From: Candidatus Heimdallarchaeota archaeon
GTDB taxonomy: Archaea; Asgardarchaeota; Heimdallarchaeia; Hodarchaeales; Hodarchaeaceae
Length of the DNA stretch: 64,000 nt
Assembly: GCA_020353515.1 (NCBI GenBank)
Contig: CP070695.1
Coordinates: 3,945,460 to 4,009,459 of the forward strand
Reading direction: 5' to 3'
Of this stretch, positions 32,407 to 43,500 are shown piece by piece. A program made the position numbers and the translations under genes. Under the pieces are notes generated by a model. It was not told the DNA's origin. It searched no databases and saw only the letters and a list, made by a program, of their open reading frames with translations. Each line of letters starts with the position of its first letter. Positions within the stretch are counted from its first letter, which is position 1.

Positions 32407-33048
32407 TCATACTTGCCGTTGTTTGATCACGACTTTTCGGTTCCGTCTTACTTTGTTAATTAGGTACTTAAATGCTTGTTCAACATTCTCTCCACTCCGA
32501 ACTCCTCCTGGGTCAGCAGCAACCGTGCCAAAAATGTGATAAGAGTAATTTTTCATTATTTTATCAAAAATATTTGTTTTTAAGAATTTAGGTGAAAGGG
32601 CATTGGGCAAATCTTGCTTATTTGCAATAACAACAATTGGGATATTGTCAGAAATCAACTCTAGTGCATCTTCTAACCATTGTTCATCATATTTGAAATT
32701 TCGTTGTGAACTATCCACAACGAAAATTAATCCGTCTGCGGTGCGCACAAAACGCTCGTGATAACGCATGTCTAAGAATTTTCGTTGCCCACCCACATCG
32801 ATTAATCCTATCACCGACTTCTCGACGACAATATGAGATATTCCAAAAGCTATTGTTGGTTTAATACTTCGAGGAGGAGGGTAACCATGTTCTAGGTAAA
32901 ACGCAATTGAAGATTTCCCTACACCACTGGTACCTAATAAGACGACGGTGTAAAGACCTTTTGAACCGCTTTGCATTCCAAGATAGATCCTTGTGTGATT
33001 TCTATTACATAGAGATTTTGAGAAATGCAGTTTCTGTATATTAATCAC
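32407..33048 (-). CDS. Arf/Sar-like small GTPase (start probably later, MQSG)
   Basis: GTSGVGKS, PTIAF, DVGGQ, FVVDSS, ANKQDLP. Confidence 0.88.
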   Translation of the reverse strand: MINIQKLHFSKSLCNRNHTRIYLGMQSGSKGLYTVVLLGTSGVGKSSIAFYLEHGYPPPRSIKPTIAFGISHIVVEKSVIGLIDVGGQRKFLDMRYHERFVRTADGLIFVVDSSQRNFKYDEQWLEDALELISDNIPIVVIANKQDLPNALSPKFLKTNIFDKIMKNYSYHIFGTVAADPGGVRSGENVEQAFKYLINKVRRNRKVVIKQRQV

Positions 33049-33209
33049 GAAAAATACGGTATCGATTGATAATTTTAGATTTTGACGTTTATAACATCTT
33101 CGGAATGCATAGATATCAAATCCAGTGATTTTTGTCCAGGGGTCACGAATTTTTTTTAATTAGATTGTATATATAATACCAAAAGATAATAGGATTCATG
33201 TGATAAATA

Positions 33210-33614
33210 ATGCCTTTAAAACCTCGAGAAATCGAGATTGAAACCCTCAAAACCCCTAAAGGTGACGTTGTGACAGTAAAAGGTCTTGAGACCACTATTA
33301 ATACAGTATATTCAGAGATGGCTTTATTAGACAAACATCTCGATCAAATAAACGAGTCTCAGAAACAAATCAACCAAGCTCTCAATGCCATAAACACCCA
33401 ATTAGCTGAATACAATAAAAAGATTCTAGATTTGGGTGAAACCTTCTCTGACCTGATTGTTTACTTGTCTAAAATCGAATCACAACAAGAACAGCGGCGA
33501 AAATTGTCAAAAAAACAAATGATTACTGAAAAAGCGGATCTAGTAGCATTAAAAGAGGAGTTATCAATCATCCTAGAGCAGTTAAAAGGTCGTGTGACCG
33601 AAAATGAACCCTAA
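33210..33614 (+). CDS. Coiled-coil hypothetical protein
   Basis: Long heptad pattern; overlaps the RING gene start. Confidence 0.7.
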   Translation: MPLKPREIEIETLKTPKGDVVTVKGLETTINTVYSEMALLDKHLDQINESQKQINQALNAINTQLAEYNKKILDLGETFSDLIVYLSKIESQQEQRRKLSKKQMITEKADLVALKEELSIILEQLKGRVTENEP

Positions 33615-33933
33615 GATTTTTACAAAATTTCGTCTTCGGTCAACTCCTGTTGAGAAAGGTTCTGGTAACAACAAAATTCCTTTATCTAGATTAATAACTC
33701 CTTCAGATCCCATTACTTCTTCGTTACTCAAATTAAAGAAGAAAACCATTGGAGAATGGAATCCTTTTGAGTTAATTAAATGTGTAATTTGTTGGAAACC
33801 CATCGATATTTATGGAAAAGATGCGCATACTTATATGGAATGTCCTCATTGCCATCAAAAAGCGCATCAAGATCATATGCTCCGTTGGCTTGCTAAACAT
33901 CATACATGTCCATATTGCCGTGGGAAGATGTAA
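33604..33933 (+). CDS. RING-finger protein (putative E3 ligase)
   Basis: CVIC...CPHC...H..H...W...CPYC. Confidence 0.85.
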   Translation: MNPKIFTKFRLRSTPVEKGSGNNKIPLSRLITPSDPITSSLLKLKKKTIGEWNPFELIKCVICWKPIDIYGKDAHTYMECPHCHQKAHQDHMLRWLAKHHTCPYCRGKM

Positions 33934-33937
33934 TTTC

Positions 33938-34384
33938 TTGAGTCTAGAAATTTTACCCAAGGTTCTTCAACAATTAACTTCAAAGATTGAAGCCCTTGTT
34001 GATTTATATTATCCTGATCGGTCCCAAACACTACCTGTGAGAATTAATAAACGAAAACAGAACATCATTGTTACATGGAACATTTATCCTTCAGAGAGAC
34101 ATCAACTCGATGAATTATTTCCTATTCTTTCAAATACAATTGAAGAGAACCTGAAAGGTATTAATGGAGAAATAATCCATTGTTCTCTTATAAATGGTGA
34201 AATTCGCGACAGGGGAATCCAGGAATTTCAAATTCACATGGGAAAAACTTGGGAGATTTATTTATATGATCCTGAGACTTATATTGATGTACGACTTCTC
34301 CAAGAATCGCGAATAACCCAGCCTCTTGACAAATGGCTTTCTATTGATATCGATATTGTTACAGAATCTGCTTGGTTTGATTAA
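33938..34384 (+). CDS. Hypothetical protein (start likely TTG 33938)
   Basis: Open frame directly after the RING gene; the upstream part of ORF 33812 overlaps RING. Confidence 0.55.
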   Translation: MSLEILPKVLQQLTSKIEALVDLYYPDRSQTLPVRINKRKQNIIVTWNIYPSERHQLDELFPILSNTIEENLKGINGEIIHCSLINGEIRDRGIQEFQIHMGKTWEIYLYDPETYIDVRLLQESRITQPLDKWLSIDIDIVTESAWFD

Positions 34385-34395
34385 TTGGTTTCTAA

Positions 34396-35343
34396 TTACA
34401 GAATACTCCAACGTTTGGTATGTGTCTCGTAATGCACCTTTCCTTCTTTTTCTAATTCTTTAAGAAAAGCAGTAACAGTTGTTTCAGCAACTCCCAATTC
34501 CTTGAATGGAGTTTCCCAGGAAAAACCAAGAATACGCTGATATTCTTCTGCGACATAGAAAGCTTTGGCCTCACCTGCACTAACTACAAGATCATAGATA
34601 GTATCCTTAGTATGTTTATGCTCAAAAGTGAGGTTTTGTATATAAAGTTCCACGGGTCTGGGAACAGGACTCTGATGAGCAGGACAAATGACTTCGGTTT
34701 TAAGCTTACCAACCAGCTCTAACAGTTTCATTCGTTTCTCTGAACTTCCTGTACCATCAATGTAGAATGCAGCGCCTTGATCGGGGTATATATTTCCCTC
34801 GTCCCCAATAAATGTGCATCCACCTCTATAAGCTTGAATTAAGATAGAATCGACAGAATGTCCCCCAGAATTTTGCAGTATAAGCTCCTCACCACCTAGA
34901 TCAATTGTTTCACTTTTTTCAAAGGGATGAATGAATTCTTCTTTAATTTTCCCAATTTTTGAGAATAACGAGGATTTCATGGCCAAACTGAATTTGGAGG
35001 GAAAAGGAAATTGCTTTTCTAAGATATACTTCTTCCCCTCCTTTAAGGCATCCACTCCTGATTCATGAAGCCAGACTTGTGGCTTGATTTTTTTCATTGA
35101 ATCTATTCCTGCCCAATGGTCTGGATGCGTATGTGTTAGAATGAGATATCTGATTTCCGAGGGATCACGATCAGCCTTCTTCACAAAAGAAATAATCTCT
35201 TTTCCAATTGAACGCGATGGAAGGTCAATAATTGCAATCTTTTCATCGCCCAAAACAAGGTAACTAGCATATTCTTCACCTTGTTTTCCGATATCATCTA
35301 CCACCCGATAAATTCCTGAAGCCCACTCAACAAAATTAACCAT
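34396..35343 (-). CDS. MBL-fold metallo-hydrolase with C-terminal wHTH
   Basis: THTHPDH, GGHS, GD, CPAH. Confidence 0.88.
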   Translation of the reverse strand: MVNFVEWASGIYRVVDDIGKQGEEYASYLVLGDEKIAIIDLPSRSIGKEIISFVKKADRDPSEIRYLILTHTHPDHWAGIDSMKKIKPQVWLHESGVDALKEGKKYILEKQFPFPSKFSLAMKSSLFSKIGKIKEEFIHPFEKSETIDLGGEELILQNSGGHSVDSILIQAYRGGCTFIGDEGNIYPDQGAAFYIDGTGSSEKRMKLLELVGKLKTEVICPAHQSPVPRPVELYIQNLTFEHKHTKDTIYDLVVSAGEAKAFYVAEEYQRILGFSWETPFKELGVAETTVTAFLKELEKEGKVHYETHTKRWSIL

Positions 35344-35560
35344 TTGTTTACACCACTTTTCATGAAGTTGCGTATTTTACTCTCTTTCTAATCTTCGAAT
35401 ATTTAATGGTTTTCGGTGGAGGAGGACATTTTTCGTTCTTAAGTATCAAATGAGAAATACAAGGATAATTTTTAAAAGCGTAACAAAAAAAAAAGCTTCT
35501 AATAATTACCTCGTGTTAAGTGTTCAAAGCAAAGTTGGTTGAAGAAGAGTTGAACTAATC

Positions 35561-36577
35561 TTGAACATCGATCAATTAATTGACCATAATTTTATACCAG
35601 TTATCGATCCCACAGCCAAGGATTCTCCAGCCGAGAAAGGGGCAAATGCTTTTCTTGCCGAGTATGGCGGGATAGTAGAAGAAGTAGCTTTGGTATGTAA
35701 AAAAGAAGATGGATTGGTGACATATCGATCTGGCGCTGCGCCCAGTGATCGCAACTATGAGAATTTCTTCACAGATTTTACCGAACTAGCAAATGATCTA
35801 GGTCTTAGAACCCATGCTATTGCTTATGCTTTTGGAGATTCCTATCTTGGAATGGATCCAAATTATTCTATTGGTCGTTCTGATGGAACTATCATCCATG
35901 ATTATGTCGATCCCTCTATGGAAGGTTACTGGAAACACCTCAATTTCATTTCGCGGGAGGTAGCTACAAAGCCTATAAAGTCGTTAATCCTCCAAGAATT
36001 TCTTTTCCCAAGGCAGGAATACTCATTTGCGCGTAGAAGTGTTAGGAAGTTCGCTGAAATCTCAGGAGTGAGTCTAGACGTAACTTATCTTGACATACAA
36101 AAAGATCCAGCAATTCAAAGGATGTTTGAAGATTGGCGAGCAGAGCTTATTACTACAGCATTTCGAGAAGCAACTGAGATGGCTAAAGGAGAAACCCCAG
36201 ATCTTGACGTTGGAATGATTGTTCCTGTTGACCCAGAAACCGAGTGGAACGAGGGATATATCCGTCATTTCGGAATTAATATCGACCAGATTATTGAAAT
36301 CAGTGGCTACATTATTTATCATCTCATGCCATATTCGCCAATGTACCCTGAACCTGACACTCCAGGGTGGGATATTCTACTGCAATCGATCCGGAGTTCT
36401 GCTTTGTATGAAGAAAGTGGATATAAGAAAGCGTTATTCATTTGGGGTCTTGAAAACGAAGAGGATGTTGCTTGGTTAGACGCTTTGAAGGAGGAAGTCC
36501 GAGCTGACCATGTTTTTGGACGGTTAGAACACCCCCCAAAGTACACAGTCAAACGAGAAATTCATCGTGGTGTTTAA
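35561..36577 (+). CDS. Glycoside-hydrolase-like TIM-barrel protein
   Basis: YVDPS, EFLFP, WRAELIT, LMPY pattern reminiscent of GHL10/DUF4015 families. Confidence 0.5.
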   Translation: MNIDQLIDHNFIPVIDPTAKDSPAEKGANAFLAEYGGIVEEVALVCKKEDGLVTYRSGAAPSDRNYENFFTDFTELANDLGLRTHAIAYAFGDSYLGMDPNYSIGRSDGTIIHDYVDPSMEGYWKHLNFISREVATKPIKSLILQEFLFPRQEYSFARRSVRKFAEISGVSLDVTYLDIQKDPAIQRMFEDWRAELITTAFREATEMAKGETPDLDVGMIVPVDPETEWNEGYIRHFGINIDQIIEISGYIIYHLMPYSPMYPEPDTPGWDILLQSIRSSALYEESGYKKALFIWGLENEEDVAWLDALKEEVRADHVFGRLEHPPKYTVKREIHRGV

Positions 36578-36596
36578 GGGCTTTTTGGAAACCAGA

Positions 36597-37052
36597 TTAA
36601 TATTTTTGATTCCAGTGAGCGTATTTTTTCACATAATCCACAGCTTGGATTCTGAAGGCCTCGCGATCCCGTTTCCATTGACGGGAGGCTGTAGCATTCA
36701 AAGGATCATCTGGATTAGGGCTGTTTAAGAGAAATCTGATTGTTTCCACGATTTGAACAAGGCTGTAAGCTGGACTCCACTCCTTACCCAAAATACCAAC
36801 ACAGACCTTTTCCTTAAAAATGTTCACATGCCAAATAGGGGTTTTAAAACGAACTTTAGGTGGTTCAAAGGGATATTTTCGGGGAATATTGATTTCAATG
36901 AAGAAAACACCTCCTTCATACAGCCCTGAACCTAATATTTCCCCTCGCCAGTGAGTGAGGTTATTGCTAACCGTCCGAAAAGTCGGCTGTTCCCGAGCAA
37001 GTTCTTGAGCTTCAATTGCTAACCTATCTAACCATTCATCCTCTGTAAGCAT
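36597..37052 (-). CDS. Ubiquitin-conjugating enzyme E2
   Basis: YEGGVF, YPFEPPKVRF, WHVNI...VCVGIL..WSPA, PNPDDPLN; catalytic Cys present. Confidence 0.95.
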   Translation of the reverse strand: MLTEDEWLDRLAIEAQELAREQPTFRTVSNNLTHWRGEILGSGLYEGGVFFIEINIPRKYPFEPPKVRFKTPIWHVNIFKEKVCVGILGKEWSPAYSLVQIVETIRFLLNSPNPDDPLNATASRQWKRDREAFRIQAVDYVKKYAHWNQKY

Positions 37053-37333
37053 AATTCGATCCGGCTTTTTTTCGAAAATAATCTTGTTCTCATAAGATTT
37101 CCAAGGAGTTCAATAAAGCATCACTAATGAAAGTGATTTTCTAGGGATCTTATGTAAATTGGTAGGTTTAATGGGCTAAATATGATATATGGATAATATA
37201 ATAAAATTTTTTATATTCCGTTTAAACCTGTAACGAAAATATAACAACTACTTTAAAATGTGCCAATTTCTTGTTTAAAGCCTAAGAGATAAATATATTC
37301 AGATTCTATCGAGAAAAAAGAGGATAAAAGAGA

Positions 37334-37627
37334 ATGTCCGAAGCCTATTTAGATGTATTTGAGCGCTTTGTGAAACTTCAAGAATTTATGACTGCGGATG
37401 ATAAAAAATTTCGCAAAGATCCACGTAAAACGGCACGAATAGCATCACTACTAGCGATGGCAAGTTTATACTCCAAATATCCACTTGACAAACAGTATGC
37501 TGTGTATAAAGCAATGATCCAAACAATGAGGGAGAAAATGCCTAATTTTAAAGCATTAGGGGAGTCAGTGGACGATATTGCAGCAACATTAATTCTTGCG
37601 TCAGAAATAAACAAAACTGTAAAATAA
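37334..37627 (+). CDS. Small helical hypothetical protein
   Basis: 97-aa ORF with ATG and upstream agagga. Confidence 0.65.
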   Translation: MSEAYLDVFERFVKLQEFMTADDKKFRKDPRKTARIASLLAMASLYSKYPLDKQYAVYKAMIQTMREKMPNFKALGESVDDIAATLILASEINKTVK

Positions 37628-37862
37628 AGAATTCTTCTAACTAACTCTCAAACACCCACCTCAGTTTAAGGCCAAAGATTTCGACAGAGTTCACTGTAAA
37701 TCTGAAGATGATCTCATTTCTTTTCGTTTCTTTTATCAAAAAGGATTTGTTCCAGAGAAATTTATCAAAAAAGTAGTAATAAACTTGTCGCTACCTAAAA
37801 CTAGAAAGTCAATATCTTGTAAGAGAAAAAGAAATTACCAAATAAAGGATTAAAGTGGTTCA

Positions 37863-37996
37863 TTTGTCAAAAGAAGGCGCGTGAGGGGGGAGGGAGGGAG
37901 TCCCAACGTCTAGAAAAAAAGTTTTTTCGGTTCGTCGGAACTCCAAAGTATTCAAAATTTATTTGCGTTGCTGCACTCCTCTCATTGTTCAGCTAC
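37863..37996 (-). ncRNA. Putative structured ncRNA, copy A (homolog of 44614-44751)
   Basis: Two hairpins plus a C/U tract; TATATAAA box 23 nt upstream on the minus strand (38020-38027). Confidence 0.6.
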
Positions 37997-38468
37997 TGTA
38001 CGTACGATTTTTTATGATCTTTATATATGTTTTTCTACGTTATTTCGTAATTACGTATCAGTTACTCTTACATCCTTCCTATTTATAAGGCGTATATAAG
38101 GAGAAAAATCCTGTTGGTCCTCTTATTGAGTTTTTTTTGTCAGCTAGATTCTTCTTTGATTGATTTATTTTTAAAAACTATAGTGTATTTTTGAAGATAA
38201 ATTCACTCGGTTCATTTTCTTCTCTATTCTAGGGGGATTCTACTTTGTTATTATCGAAAGGCATTTATATGGTCGGAGAGCGGAGTGATTTGAGGCGATA
38301 AACAATGTGGGATTGCCAAATGGCTTACTCAAAGTAAAGCTTCTAGTTTTTCTCCACCCTCCCGCTGCAGTTTTCGTCATTTATCTCAAACTTTGGAACT
38401 TTCTGGTTTTTCCTCATTTAATGGATTATACTTTTATAGATTTTCTAATGTCTCTCAAATTATAGGAT

Positions 38469-40565
38469 GTGTCACAAATGGAAGATCTTAGGAACAAGAA
38501 ATATGTGATATGCCCAGCATGGCCTTACGTTAATGCAGTCCCTCATCTTGGAACCGTTCTCCATCTATTAGGGGCAGATATTTTTCTTCGCTATTTAGAA
38601 CTCCGAGGAGCTGATGCAATCTCGGCGACTGGTTCTGATTGTCATGGTACCCCGATTGAAGTAGCTGCTATTGAAAAAGGTGTCTCTCCCCAGAAACTCG
38701 TTGATAAAAATCATGAACGAATTGTTGATCTGCTTAAAAAGTGGAATATTAATTTGAACTATTCTAAGACTGCAAATTCCTTTCATTACAAATGGGTTCA
38801 AGATTTCTATAGACGTTGTTATGAGAATGGGTATATTTTTGCTAAAGAAGTCCAACAATTGTATTGTGAACATGATAAACGATTCCTCCCTGACCGTTTC
38901 GTTGAAGGCACCTGTCCTCATTGTGGAGTAATTGGTGCTAGAGGGGATCAGTGTGATGCACCTGCATGTGGCAAACCTCTAAGTCCAGTCGAGTTAATCG
39001 ATCCTTATTGCCGGATTTGTAAGAATCCACCAATCAATAAAAGCACGACTCAATGGTATTTTGATTTTAGTGCTTTTCAGGAAGAACTCACTCGGTACAT
39101 TCGTCAGAATAAACAACTACCTGAAAATGCCCTGAAGTTTTCTATCAATATATTAGAAGATGGATTACAAGCTCGTACATTAACACGGGATTTAGCATGG
39201 GGTATTCCTGCTGATAAGGCGATTCCAGAAGCTAAAGGGAAATCGATTTACGTGTGGCTTGAAGCGGTTTTAGGCTATGTCTCTGCTTCTGCAGAATTAG
39301 GTGAAAGAAAACACAATGATCCTGACTTTTGGAAAACATTCTGGCTGGATCAAGATACGAGAACTGTGTTCTTTATTGGTAAAGACAACATTTTTTTCCA
39401 CACATTATTATTCCCTGGGCTCCTTTTAGGAACAAAAGAAAGCTATGGAAAACCTTTTGTCCTTCCATATAATGTAAGTACAACAGAATTTCTAACCTTT
39501 GAGGGAAAAAAGTTTAGTAAATCAAAGGGAATCGGGATTTGGATTGATGATGCCACTACTCTTCTTCCTACAGATTATTGGCGTTATTATCTAGCGGCAA
39601 CTCGACCTGAGACTAAAGATACTTCTTTTACATGGGAAGAATTCGAGCAGCGAGTTAATATCGATCTCAATGATGTTTTGGGAAATTATATTCATCGTGT
39701 CTTTGTCTTACTTCATAAGTACTGTGAGGGAAAAATTCCAGAGTGTCACCGTCTTGATGAGACTGATCGAGGGTTTGTAACCGCCATAAATGAAATTCCT
39801 GAGATAGTCGCAGATTTTTTTGACCAATTTGAATTTAAGAAGGCGGTCGCTTCAATCATTGATTTTGCACGCACAGCTAATACTTATCTTAGTACGAAGG
39901 AGCCATGGAAAATAGTGGAAACCGATTTTACCGCTGTTGAAACAACCTTATATCTCTGTACTCAGTCTCTTCTTACTCTGAGTGTTATTTTATCACCTAT
40001 TTTACCTGAAACTAGTGAGAAAATCTGGAATACTCTTGATCAAGAGGGAAATGTAGCGGACCAGGAATTCGAAGAAGCAGGAAAACTAAAACTCCAACCT
40101 GGTGGAATTGTCAAAGAATCCACCCCTTTGTTTTCAAAAATAGATATTGAAGAACTTCAGACACAACTTAAAGAATTAAGAACGAAAGGTCAAATTGATT
40201 CTACAGAGGAAACAACATTGTCAGAAGAGAAACCAAGCTCTATTCCTTTTGAGGACTTTCAGAAATTGGATATTCGGATCGGAACCATTTTAACAGCTGA
40301 AAAGATTCCCAAAACAGAGAAATTATTGAAACTTAAGGTTGATTTGGGCTCAGAAATTGGCCAGCGTCAATTAGTTGCGGGTCTAGCCACTCATAGAAAC
40401 GTAGATGACTTGATTGGCCAACGATTAACCGTTGTTGTGAACTTAGAACCCGCTACCATTCGTGGTGTTCGTTCCGAGGGAATGTTGTTAGCTGCTGTTG
40501 AAGGGGACAAACTGGGATTAATTATTCCTGATAAAGATGTATCTAATGGTACTCAGATAAGCTGA
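38469..40565 (+). CDS. metG: Methionyl-tRNA synthetase with C-terminal tRNA-binding OB domain
   Basis: AWPYVNAVPHLG, Zn knuckles, IGKDN, KFSKS, LDIRIG...SEGMLL. Confidence 0.96.
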   Translation: MSQMEDLRNKKYVICPAWPYVNAVPHLGTVLHLLGADIFLRYLELRGADAISATGSDCHGTPIEVAAIEKGVSPQKLVDKNHERIVDLLKKWNINLNYSKTANSFHYKWVQDFYRRCYENGYIFAKEVQQLYCEHDKRFLPDRFVEGTCPHCGVIGARGDQCDAPACGKPLSPVELIDPYCRICKNPPINKSTTQWYFDFSAFQEELTRYIRQNKQLPENALKFSINILEDGLQARTLTRDLAWGIPADKAIPEAKGKSIYVWLEAVLGYVSASAELGERKHNDPDFWKTFWLDQDTRTVFFIGKDNIFFHTLLFPGLLLGTKESYGKPFVLPYNVSTTEFLTFEGKKFSKSKGIGIWIDDATTLLPTDYWRYYLAATRPETKDTSFTWEEFEQRVNIDLNDVLGNYIHRVFVLLHKYCEGKIPECHRLDETDRGFVTAINEIPEIVADFFDQFEFKKAVASIIDFARTANTYLSTKEPWKIVETDFTAVETTLYLCTQSLLTLSVILSPILPETSEKIWNTLDQEGNVADQEFEEAGKLKLQPGGIVKESTPLFSKIDIEELQTQLKELRTKGQIDSTEETTLSEEKPSSIPFEDFQKLDIRIGTILTAEKIPKTEKLLKLKVDLGSEIGQRQLVAGLATHRNVDDLIGQRLTVVVNLEPATIRGVRSEGMLLAAVEGDKLGLIIPDKDVSNGTQIS

Positions 40566-40592
40566 GTTGTTTAATCTCCAAAGATAAGCCCT

Positions 40593-43500
40593 TTAACTCA
40601 AAAATAACATTCTCCCCTTTCCACTTATTTCTACAATCTTGCTTTTCCCTTTTTTATGTTCATGCAGATAACCTGTAAGTATTAACTGTTTTATCCGCTT
40701 TCTTACAGTTGGCCGGCTGATCTTTAACCCCTCACCAATCCCAGAATATGATGGTTTCAATCCGAGATTATTCTGTTGATAGACGAATCTCAGAATTTCT
40801 AAATATTCTTCAGCGATTTTAGCCATAAAACGAGGCTCTATTTGGTGTGTTTCTTTTTCTAAGATAAGTAATTCCCGTTCTGATATAGTGGCGCTATCTA
40901 TAGACAAAATAACGACTAAATTTCTTAGATAGGTTATTTCTTTTAATTTATAGACAAATTGAATCGCGTTTTCGAGACCTTCTTTTAAAAAAAGGTATTC
41001 TAGACGATCAATCAGGATCACACTTTTGCTAGGTGTGTTCTTTATAAGATTTATAAGTCTATTATATCCTTTCTCTTCTGTTAGCCAAAAAAAATCGTAC
41101 TCTCCTTCCATATATGCTCTAAAGTCTTTATTTGGAGTTCTGGAGGCAACAAATCCTTTGTACCCAATAGTAGTAAGCTCGGAAAACACTGTTTTTGATA
41201 CTGTTGGAACTTCTTCTGTGATGAGATAAACATTACCATCTTGAATTTTATATTTTAGGAATTCTTTCTTTAATTCTTCTTCGCGTTGTTTAATTGCAGT
41301 TATGTCTTCTACCATCAGTAGGAAATTCAGTGGATTACCTTTATCGTCTTTCAAAAGGGATAATGCTACCCGAACCCAAAGAATATCTTCATTTTTCTTG
41401 AGATATCTTTTCTCTGTTTGAAATGAAGAAATTTCATTATTTAGTAATTTTTTAATATGTTCTTCATCTCGTTCACGATGTTCTTCATGAGTTATATCAA
41501 GAATAGTCCTTTGAGTCAGCTCATTTCCTTGGTATCCTAACATTTCCTTAAAAACGTCATTTACTTCAGTAAAACTGAAATTTAGATCCGTTAAAGCTAT
41601 CCCAAGTGGCGAATTTTCAAAAACTGACCGAAATTTTTCTTCACTCTCCCGAAGTGCCTCTTCAGTTCTTTTATAATCAGTAATATCAGACCAAAAGCCT
41701 ACAATCTCGAGAGGTTTCCCTTTTTCGTCTTTAACAAGATTTGCTTCATCAAGCATCCAACGATAGGATCCCTTCTTATGTTGAAATCTATAAGTATTAC
41801 TATAATTCCCTTCCTCCAGAATATCTTTAAATGTGGTAGAAACTTGTTCTTTTTCATCAGGGTGTAATTTCTGTTCCCAAAACTCTGGAGTATCAATGAA
41901 GCTCTTAGCCTGATATCCTAGGATATCCTTGATGTTCTCACTCATAAAAGTGGTTGAAAAATGACCACCAGGAGTACACGAGTAGATCACTGCTGGACAT
42001 GACTTAAGTAGATATTCGAGTCTGAATTTCGTACTTCTCAGCTCATCCTCTACGATTTTTCGTTTGGTTATATCTGTGGAGATCAAACCTAATCCTTCTT
42101 CAGTCTTGAAGGCTTTTACTGAAACGATTCTTTCACCTGTAAGTGGATGACGAAAAATACGATCTGAGAGATATGGTTTTCCTGTTCTAAGGACTTCTTC
42201 ATATTTTCCAAGATGTTGTTTATCAAATTCTTCTATATTTTTCCCAATAATATCCTCTTTTTTAGTTCCTACAGGAAGCATTCCTAAACCTGTCTTATTT
42301 ATATCAATTAAATTGAATTCAGAATCCCAAATAGTAAAAGAATCGGTCGCTGCATCCATAAATCTTCTTAATCTTTCCTCACTCTTACGAAGCGCGTTTT
42401 CCATATTTTTTCGATCAGTTATATCGGCTGCTACTATCCCTAAGCCGTCTCCTACTTTAAACGCTTTCACAGATAGAGTCATATCTCCATAATTTTGAGG
42501 TGGAGCCACTCTCTCCGCGATATAGGGAATTCCTGTTTTTAGAACTTCTTTATAACGGAGAATATCTTCATGGTTGGTATGAAACTCAGTTATATTCCTC
42601 CCTAAAACCTCTGTTTTCTCAATCCCAAGTAAAAAAGTCTTCAATCCAGTTTTATTTATATCTATTAGATTTAGATCAGAATCAAAAAGAGAAAATGAGT
42701 CTGTTGCTCCATCCATAAAACTACGCAGCCTTTCCTCACTATTAAATAGAGCTTTTTGTGCGTTAATCCGATCTGTGATGTCTTCTACGCTGCCTTCGTA
42801 ATATTGCATTTTTCCATGTTTATCCTTTATTGATCGTGCATTCTCTCGAAAATGAATAACAGATCCATCAGGTCGTTCAAGATGGAATTCTAATCCCATT
42901 ACCTCTCCTTTTTCTTCAATTTCCCTTAAAAATCGATCTCTCGGATACTTCCTAATAATCGCTAGATGATTGGAATCAATCTCGATTAACTCGTCGAAGG
43001 AAGATAATCCAACTAGATTAAGGAATGCAGGATTTGCTGCGAGAAATTTGTGATCAGGTGTGCTGCGATAAAGACCAATGGGGATGTTTTCAAACAAAGT
43101 TCGATATTTTTCTTCACTTTCTTGTACTGCTTTTTTCATCCGCTTTTGATCAGTAATGTTTCTTATACCAAAGACAATTTTTAGATTATTCTCATGCTCA
43201 ATGGCTTTTCCTGAGGCTGTGACCCAAATATAATGACCCTTATTATGTTTTATTCGATATTCAAATTCAAATCTCTGTTTTCCAGACAGACATTCCGTCA
43301 GAATTCTAAAAGCATTTTCTATATCATTAGGGTGAATAAAATCATAACTATTTTTCCCGATCAATTCTCTAGGTTTATACCCAAAAAGATCAAAAATCTG
43401 TGGACTGACAAAGATGAATTTTCCCTCTTCGTCAACTTCTGCTACAACATCTGTAAGATTACTTATTAACTCACGATAATTCTTCTCACTTTCTCGTAAT

